DNA of 64,000 bases from Alphaproteobacteria bacterium (lineage in GTDB: Bacteria; Pseudomonadota; Alphaproteobacteria; UBA828). The DNA is taken from positions 96,001 to 160,000 of the forward strand of contig CBDCCI010000001.1 of the NCBI GenBank assembly GCA_965214705.1, written 5' to 3'. Positions 57,945-64,000 of the stretch are shown in pieces (position 1 is the stretch's first letter; each line of letters begins with the position of its first letter). The notes beneath the pieces are model-generated. The model saw only the letters and a program-made list of their open reading frames with translations, was not told the DNA's origin and did no database searches. The position numbers were made by a program, and so were the translations under genes.

Positions 57945-58871
57945 TCAGCGCACCCTGGCGCGCGGATCGAGCGCATCGCGCAGGCCGTCGCCGATGAAGG
58001 AGAAGGCGAGCGACACGATGACGATGACGAAGCCGGGGAAGGCGGTCGCGTGCGGCGCCCTCTTCAGCACCGCGCGGCCGTCGGAGACCATGGTGCCCCA
58101 GTCGGCGTCCGGCGGCTGGATGCCGAGGCCGAGGAAGGAGAGGCCGGAGCCCACCACCATCATCAGCCCGATCAGCGTGGTCGAGTAGACGATCACCGGC
58201 GCCAGCATGTTGGGCAGGATATAGCGGGTGAGGATGGTGGGAGTCGTGGCGCCGCCGGCGCGCGCGGCCTCGATATAGGGCTCCTGCTTGACCGAGACCG
58301 TGGTGGTTCGCACCAGGCGCGCGATGTAGGGCACGAGCGCCACGGTGATGGAGAGGATCAGCGTGGCGACGCCGGGGTCCAGGATGCCGGCGATGACGAT
58401 GGCGAGCAGTACCAGCGGAAAGGCGAAGAAGACATCGAGGATGCGCATCACCACCTGGTCAGCCCAGCCGCCGATGTAGCCGGCGAAGAGGCCGAGCACG
58501 ACGGCGATGAAGGTGGCCGCCACGGTCGGCACGACGCCGATGAGCAGCGACACCCGCCCCCCCCAGAAGAGGCGGGAGAGCATGTCGCGGCCGTCCATGT
58601 CGCCGCCAAGGAGGAGGCCGTCGGTCCCCGGCAGGCCGCCGCGGGTGCCGACCGCCTCGGTCGGGTCGTGCGGGCTGATGTAGGGCGCGAAGATCGCGAT
58701 CAACACCACGATGATCATGAAGATCAGCGCGCCCACCGCCGCCTTGTCCTTGGCATAGGCGTGCCAGGCGAGCGTCAGCGTCCGCCACATGATGTGGAGG
58801 TTCTCGCGCCGGAGCTCGGCCGCTGAGCGCTGCCGCATCGACTGGCCGTGGAGGCCCGGCGCGTCGGTCAT
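57945..58871 (-). CDS. Peptide ABC permease (DppC-like)
   Basis: GRDMLSRLFWGGRVSL, EAARAGGA, LSFLGLG, GDGLRDALDP. Confidence 0.9.
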   Translation of the reverse strand: MTDAPGLHGQSMRQRSAAELRRENLHIMWRTLTLAWHAYAKDKAAVGALIFMIIVVLIAIFAPYISPHDPTEAVGTRGGLPGTDGLLLGGDMDGRDMLSRLFWGGRVSLLIGVVPTVAATFIAVVLGLFAGYIGGWADQVVMRILDVFFAFPLVLLAIVIAGILDPGVATLILSITVALVPYIARLVRTTTVSVKQEPYIEAARAGGATTPTILTRYILPNMLAPVIVYSTTLIGLMMVVGSGLSFLGLGIQPPDADWGTMVSDGRAVLKRAPHATAFPGFVIVIVSLAFSFIGDGLRDALDPRARVR

Positions 58872-59836
58872 CGCGAGCGCACTCCCTCGGAGATGCGGAT
58901 CTTCGGGTCGGTGTACGCGTTGAACACGTCGACCGCGAGGTTCACCAGCACGAAGGCGACCCCGATGATCAGCGAGGCGCCCTGAATGGTGGGGATATCG
59001 CGCGCCTGGATCGCCTGCCAGAGCTGATAGCCGATGCCGGGCCAGGCGAAGATCACCTCGACGAAGAGCACGCCGCCCAGCAGGTAGCCGAGCTGCAGGC
59101 CGCAGATCGTGGCAATCGGCGGCAGCGCGTTGCGGAGTGCGTGCTTGCGCAGGATCACGCCGCGCCGGATGCCCTTGGCGCGGGCGACCTTGATGTAGTT
59201 CTGGCTCAGGATCTCCAGCATGGTCGCGCGCACGGTGCGCGCGATGATCGCCGCGGGCGCCGCGCCCGCGGCGATGGTTGGCAAGATCAGATGCAGGATC
59301 ACGTCGATCGGCCCGCCGCCGCCGACGATCTTGGTCATGCCGGTCGCCGGCAGCCAGCGCCAGGTCAGCGAGAACAACAGCACCAGCAGCAGCCCGAACC
59401 AGTAGGGCGGAATGCTGCCGAACATGAGGGTGCCGGCGATGGTAAATCGGTCGAAATAGCCGTAGGGCCTGGAGGCCGCGAAGATGCCGGCGAAGAGTCC
59501 GATGACGTAGGCCAGTGCCGCGCTGGTCAGCGCCAGGATCAGGGAGTTCGCGAACTTCGGGAAGATCAGCTCGGCGACCATGCGCCGGTTGGCGATGGAC
59601 TTGCCGAACTCGCCTTGGAGGATGTGGCTCAGCCACTTGCCGTACTGGACCGGAATAGGCTCGTTGAGGCCGAGGGATTCGCGGATCTGCTCGCGCGTCT
59701 CCTCGGTCGCGTAAGGCCCCGTCAGCGTCGTGGTGACGTCGCCCGGCGCGAGGTGGGCCAGGATGAAGACGAAGAACGACACCCCGAACATGATCGGGAC
59801 GATCGTGAGGAGGCGCATGACGATGAACCGCGTCAT
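58868..59836 (-). CDS. Peptide ABC permease (DppB-like)
   Basis: PGD, VQYGKWL, ARAKG, HALRNAL, EVIFAWPG.G. Confidence 0.9.
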   Translation of the reverse strand: MTRFIVMRLLTIVPIMFGVSFFVFILAHLAPGDVTTTLTGPYATEETREQIRESLGLNEPIPVQYGKWLSHILQGEFGKSIANRRMVAELIFPKFANSLILALTSAALAYVIGLFAGIFAASRPYGYFDRFTIAGTLMFGSIPPYWFGLLLVLLFSLTWRWLPATGMTKIVGGGGPIDVILHLILPTIAAGAAPAAIIARTVRATMLEILSQNYIKVARAKGIRRGVILRKHALRNALPPIATICGLQLGYLLGGVLFVEVIFAWPGIGYQLWQAIQARDIPTIQGASLIIGVAFVLVNLAVDVFNAYTDPKIRISEGVRSR

Positions 59837-59956
59837 GGCGCGGCGGCGCCTCCCATCGGCAAGCGAACAATCACGCTAACGGACTTACGGTCGCTGCGGC
59901 GCAGCCCCCCGCCACTAGAGCACCCTGCGACCCCAGTGGAATCAGGGCGGCCCGTA

Positions 59957-60067
59957 CCCACCTCCCCCTGTCCCCCTCCCCCGAGAGGACGGAGGGGGGA
60001 CGTAAGCGGCAACGCCAACTCTCTCTCTCCGCCCCTAGGGGCGGAGAGAGCCGGGGTGAGGTGGGGG
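59957..60067. repeat. GC-rich composite palindromic intergenic repeat (RIME/RPE-like)
   Basis: Hairpins including CTCTCTCCGCCCC-TA-GGGGCGGAGAGAG, followed by GGGGTGAGGTGGGG. Confidence 0.6.
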
Positions 60068-60201
60068 TTTCTTGGGCCGCACTTCATGCGAAGTGAGGGA
60101 CCGTGATGCAAAGGGTTACGATCCCGTCCGGTCGGATGTCGCACAAGCAGCCGGCCGCCGGGCGTTGCGCCCGGCGGCCCACTCGCTGCTATCCGCGATC
60201 C

Positions 60202-61806
60202 CTACTCCTCAACCCAGGGCAGGGTGTAGTCGTACCAGTTCTCCTGACCGTTCACGAAGCCCTTCACGTTGGGCGCCAGAACGATCGGATTGTGGTAGCT
60301 GAACACCGGCACGAAGGCGACGTCCTCTTCCATGATAATGCGGTTGGCCTCGCGATAGAGCTTCGTGGCCTCAGCCTGATCCTCGGTCTGGATCGCCTGC
60401 TGATAGAGCGCATCGACCGCCTCGTTGCAGTACCAGCCGCCATTGATGCCGTTCGGCGGGTGATGGTCGCAACGGGTGGCGTGTGCGGTCCAGTACGGCA
60501 CCGACCAGCCCCAGCCCATGCTGTTCATCGCCACGGTCTCGGGCATGCCCTGGAGCCACTTGCCGAGATAGGTCATCCACTCCAGCTTGTTCAGCTTGAG
60601 GTCGATGCCGACCTTCTTGAGGTCGCGCTGCATCCACTTCTCCCAAGCCTCGTTCCAGCCGTAGTCGAAGATCTCGAAGGTGAGCTCCAGCCCGCCGTCC
60701 CCGTAGCCGGCCTCGGCCAGCAGCGCCTTCGCGCCCTCGGGGTCGTAGGGATAGGGGTTGTAGTCGGGATCGTAGGCGAAGGTGCCGGCGGAGAGCATGC
60801 CGTGCTCGGCCTTGCCGGTGCCTCTCAGCACCTCGCGGGCCACGCCCTCACGGTCGATCGCCATGTTGATCGCCTTGCGCACGCGCACGTCCTGAAGCGC
60901 CGGGTGCTTCATGTTGAACGCGGCGTACCAGACCGAGGGCACGTTGGGCTGCAGCAGAAGCTGGAAGCCCTCGTCCACCAGGTTCTCGATCTCGTCCCAG
61001 GTGGGCTCGGTGACCATGTTGATCTCGCCGGCCCTGAGCGCCGCGATGCGCGTCGCAGGGTCGGTGATCTGGCGATAGACCATGTAGTCGAGCTTCGCCG
61101 GCTCGCCGTAATAGTCGTCGTTGCGCTCGAGCACGACCATCACGTCGATCTCACGCTCGACGAACTTGAACGGCCCGGTGCCGACCGGGTGGAGCGCGAT
61201 GTCCTGATCGCCGTGAATCTCCCACGCGGTCGGGCTGATCATCTCCGGCTGCCCACAGGAGGACTGGCCGATCTGCAGCCACTCGTAGTGCGGCTGGGTG
61301 AGAACGATCTCGAAGGTGTTCTCGTCGACCGCGCGAGTGGACTCGATCCAGCGCGCGTAGAAGTTCAGGTAGGCGTTGGCCACCTCGTTGTACTGCGGCG
61401 CGTCGGGGTTGGAGAAGCGGTCGTAGTTCCACTTCGCCACCTCGGCGTTGAAGGGCGTGCCGTCGTGGAACTTCACGCCCTTGCGCAGGTTGAAGGTGTA
61501 GGTCTTGCCGTCCTCGGAGACGGTCCAGGACTCGGCGAGCGCCGGCCGGAGCGTCGCCCAGCCCTTCTCCGGCTTGCCGAGCTCCAGCTCGACCAGGCCG
61601 TCGAAGATCATGTGGGTGGCGTTCTTGGTGAGCCAGCCGCAGGACTGCGGCGGATCGAACAGGCTCATCGCCGCCGGGATCGACCAGATCAGCGTGCCAC
61701 CGCTTTCGGCCTTGGCGGGTTTGGTATCGAGAGCGCCCAACGCCAACGCGGCGCCGGCCACCGTGGCGGCGCCTGCCAGGGCCACCGTTCGCAACGATCG
61801 AAGCAT
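60202..61806 (-). CDS. Peptide ABC substrate-binding protein (family 5, DppA-like)
   Basis: Signal peptide; LAESWTVSEDGKTYTFNLRKGVKFHDGTPFNAE, PVGTGPF, VRKAINMAIDRE. Confidence 0.9.
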   Translation of the reverse strand: MLRSLRTVALAGAATVAGAALALGALDTKPAKAESGGTLIWSIPAAMSLFDPPQSCGWLTKNATHMIFDGLVELELGKPEKGWATLRPALAESWTVSEDGKTYTFNLRKGVKFHDGTPFNAEVAKWNYDRFSNPDAPQYNEVANAYLNFYARWIESTRAVDENTFEIVLTQPHYEWLQIGQSSCGQPEMISPTAWEIHGDQDIALHPVGTGPFKFVEREIDVMVVLERNDDYYGEPAKLDYMVYRQITDPATRIAALRAGEINMVTEPTWDEIENLVDEGFQLLLQPNVPSVWYAAFNMKHPALQDVRVRKAINMAIDREGVAREVLRGTGKAEHGMLSAGTFAYDPDYNPYPYDPEGAKALLAEAGYGDGGLELTFEIFDYGWNEAWEKWMQRDLKKVGIDLKLNKLEWMTYLGKWLQGMPETVAMNSMGWGWSVPYWTAHATRCDHHPPNGINGGWYCNEAVDALYQQAIQTEDQAEATKLYREANRIIMEEDVAFVPVFSYHNPIVLAPNVKGFVNGQENWYDYTLPWVEE

Positions 61807-62009
61807 GTGTGTGTCTCCCTTGAATCGCTCATGCGCGCCGCTGGCCGGCTCGGTGGCCGCCCCAGGCCGCGGGCGCAGCGTACAACCCTCGGGCGCCCCG
61901 GCCAAATGGCGAAATTGCCCGTCGGACCCGCCCTTCCTTGCCGGCCGGCAGCGGGCGCGTATAGTCTGGCCAGGGCGGGACGAGGGCGCACCAGCACGGA
62001 GAGCGCGGC

Positions 62010-63425
62010 TTGCGCTACATCAGCACGCGGCAGACCGGTGGGCAGACAGTCTCGTTCGAACACGCCCTGCTCCAAGGTCTTGCGCGCGACGGCGGCCTCT
62101 ACATCCCTGAGCGCTGGCCGTCCCTCGACAACGATGCGCTCGCGGCACTCAGCGGCCGGCCCTATGCGGAGGTCGCCGCCGCCGTCATGGCGGAGTTCAC
62201 CGGGCGCGCCTTCTCACGCAAGCAGCTCAAGGCCATCGCGGCTAAGAGCTACGCCGATTTCGATCACCACGCGACGGCGCCGCTGGTGCAGCTCGGCCCC
62301 GACCAATGGCTGCTGGAGCTGTTCCACGGGCCGACGCTTGCCTTCAAGGACTTCGCGCTCCAGTTGGTCGCTCGCCTGCTCGACGCCGTGCTGGCGAAGC
62401 GCGGAGGCACGGCGACGATTCTGGTCGCTACCTCGGGCGACACGGGGGCTGCGACGATCGAGGCCTTCCGCGGCCGCGAGGCGCTCTCCGTGGTCGTGCT
62501 CCACCCGGCAGGCCGGGTCTCCGAGATGCAGCGCCGCCAGATGACCACGGCAGCCGAGCCCAACGTCCACAACGTCGCCGTCGCCGGCACCTTCGACGAC
62601 AGCCAGGCGCTGGTGAAGGCGCTCTTCGCCGACCTCGCACTTCGGGACGAAGTCGGGCTCGCAGCGGTCAATTCGATCAACTGGGCGCGTGTCGCGGCGC
62701 AGACCGCCTACTACGTCTATGCAGCGCTCGCCCTGGGCGCGCCAGGCCGCGCGGTCTCCTTCACCGTGCCCACGGGCAACTTCGGCAATGTCTATGCCGG
62801 GTATGCCGCCGGGCAGATGGGCGTCCCCATCGAACGCCTCATGGTCGCCACAAACCGGAACGACATTCTCGCCCGCTTCTTCGAGACCGGCCTCTACCGC
62901 AAGGGGACGGTCCACAGGACGCTGAGCCCCAGCATGGACATCCAAGTTGCGAGCAACTTCGAGCGTCTGCTGGCCGACCTCTCGGGCCGCGACGGCGACG
63001 CCGTGCGCGCGCTGATGGCTGAGCTTGCCGAGCACGGCGAATTCACCCTGCACGGCGCCCGGCTGGCGCAGGCCAAGGCTGCCTTCGCCGCCGCACGTGC
63101 CGACGACGATGCCTGTCTCGCGACCATTGCGGACGTGTGGCGCGAAAGCGGACGCATGATCGACCCGCACAGCGCGGCAGGCGTTCACGCCGCCCGCCGC
63201 CACGACGCCGGCGCAGGGCCGATGGTGAGCCTGGCGACCGCGCATGCCGCCAAGTTCCCCGACGCCATCGAGCGCGCCATCGGCGTGTCCCCAGTGCTCC
63301 CGCCGAGGCTCGCGGCGCTCGCGGCGAAACCCGAAAGGGTGACAGAGCTGCCCGTGGATGCCGCGTTGCTCACGCGCTTCATCCGCGACCGGGTCCACGC
63401 GCCGCAGCGGGAGCGCGTGGCGTGA
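62010..63425 (+). CDS. thrC: Threonine synthase
   Basis: RYISTR, GLARDGGLY, ELFHGPTLAFKD, ATSGDTG, VNSINWAR, VPTGNFG, SPSMDIQVASNFER. Confidence 0.95.
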   Translation: MRYISTRQTGGQTVSFEHALLQGLARDGGLYIPERWPSLDNDALAALSGRPYAEVAAAVMAEFTGRAFSRKQLKAIAAKSYADFDHHATAPLVQLGPDQWLLELFHGPTLAFKDFALQLVARLLDAVLAKRGGTATILVATSGDTGAATIEAFRGREALSVVVLHPAGRVSEMQRRQMTTAAEPNVHNVAVAGTFDDSQALVKALFADLALRDEVGLAAVNSINWARVAAQTAYYVYAALALGAPGRAVSFTVPTGNFGNVYAGYAAGQMGVPIERLMVATNRNDILARFFETGLYRKGTVHRTLSPSMDIQVASNFERLLADLSGRDGDAVRALMAELAEHGEFTLHGARLAQAKAAFAAARADDDACLATIADVWRESGRMIDPHSAAGVHAARRHDAGAGPMVSLATAHAAKFPDAIERAIGVSPVLPPRLAALAAKPERVTELPVDAALLTRFIRDRVHAPQRERVA

Positions 63426-64000
63426 GTGTGCAGATCACGCCGCTCACCAACGGACTCAGGGTGGTCAGCGATCCCGTCGACCACGTGGAGACGGCCTCGG
63501 TCGGGCTCTGGGTCGATGTCGGCGCGCGCTGCGAGACCGAAGAGACCAACGGGCTCTCGCATCTGCTGGAGCACATGGCCTTCAAGGGCACCGAGCGGCG
63601 CAGCGCCCGCGACATCGCCGAGGAGATCGAGGCGGTGGGCGGCCACCTCAACGCCTACACGTCCAGGGAGACCACGGCCTACTACGCCAAGGTGATGAAG
63701 GAGGACGTGCCGCTGGCGCTCGACCTGCTGGCGGACATCCTCCAGCACTCGACCTTCGATGAGGAGGAGCTGGAGCGCGAGCGTGCGGTGGTCATCCAGG
63801 AGATCGCGCAGGTCAACGACACGCCGGACGACCTCGTCTTCGACCGATTTCAGGAGACCGCTTATCCGGATCAGCCCATCGGCCGCACGATCCTGGGCCC
63901 GCCCGAGCGCGTGGGCTCCTATTCGCGCGATGCGCTCGCGGCCTATATGGGCGCGCATTACCGGGCGGCGCGCATGGTACTGGTGGGCTCAGGCCGGATC
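63422..64000 (+). CDS. M16 (pitrilysin-family) peptidase, runs off the window end
   Basis: GTG start overlapping the thrC stop; NGLSHLLEHMAFKGT HxxEH motif, NAYTSRETT. Confidence 0.9.
   Translation, partial: MSVQITPLTNGLRVVSDPVDHVETASVGLWVDVGARCETEETNGLSHLLEHMAFKGTERRSARDIAEEIEAVGGHLNAYTSRETTAYYAKVMKEDVPLALDLLADILQHSTFDEEELERERAVVIQEIAQVNDTPDDLVFDRFQETAYPDQPIGRTILGPPERVGSYSRDALAAYMGAHYRAARMVLVGSGRI

Noticed and set aside
1-64000. CRISPR array, rRNA or intact prophage
   Set aside because: No regularly spaced repeat-spacer units, rRNA-like sequence or cluster of phage structural genes seen

Overview
High-GC (about 65-70% by eye) bacterial chromosome segment, most likely from an alphaproteobacterium. 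This is inferred from a GAAC-N7-GAAC LexA box, the thrC-M16 peptidase gene order and alpha-type palindromic repeats. The window is dominated by transport and catabolism. It has five ABC systems (NitT/TauT, two Pot-like, a sugar type with a fused permease, and Dpp/Opp), an acetone-carboxylase-type acxABC operon, a biotin carboxylase/PxpB-like pair, a CocE hydrolase, Rid proteins, a Mo-hydroxylase large subunit and crotonases. Housekeeping genes include rnhB, a PepF-like M3 peptidase and thrC. Accessory DNA comprises three toxin-antitoxin-like modules (FitAB/VapBC, HEPN plus a small partner, HicBA), a complete IS1380, an IS1380-end relic and an orphan Mu gp27-like gene. Two elements stand out. 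(1) A 2,456-bp single-transposase IS66 element splits potA and carries a Dam-like adenine methyltransferase that is frameshifted in a G7 run and translationally coupled to the transposase. (2) A ~1.1-kb islet (41453-42559) has hairpins and short repeats, a winged-HTH gene and, 7 nt downstream, a tRNA-like gene with canonical acceptor/D/T arms and CCA but a 36-nt loop in place of the anticodon loop. Other oddities are a single-chain triple-Rid protein and an AcxC lacking all four Zn-binding cysteines. All calls come from reading motifs by eye; no database searches were run.
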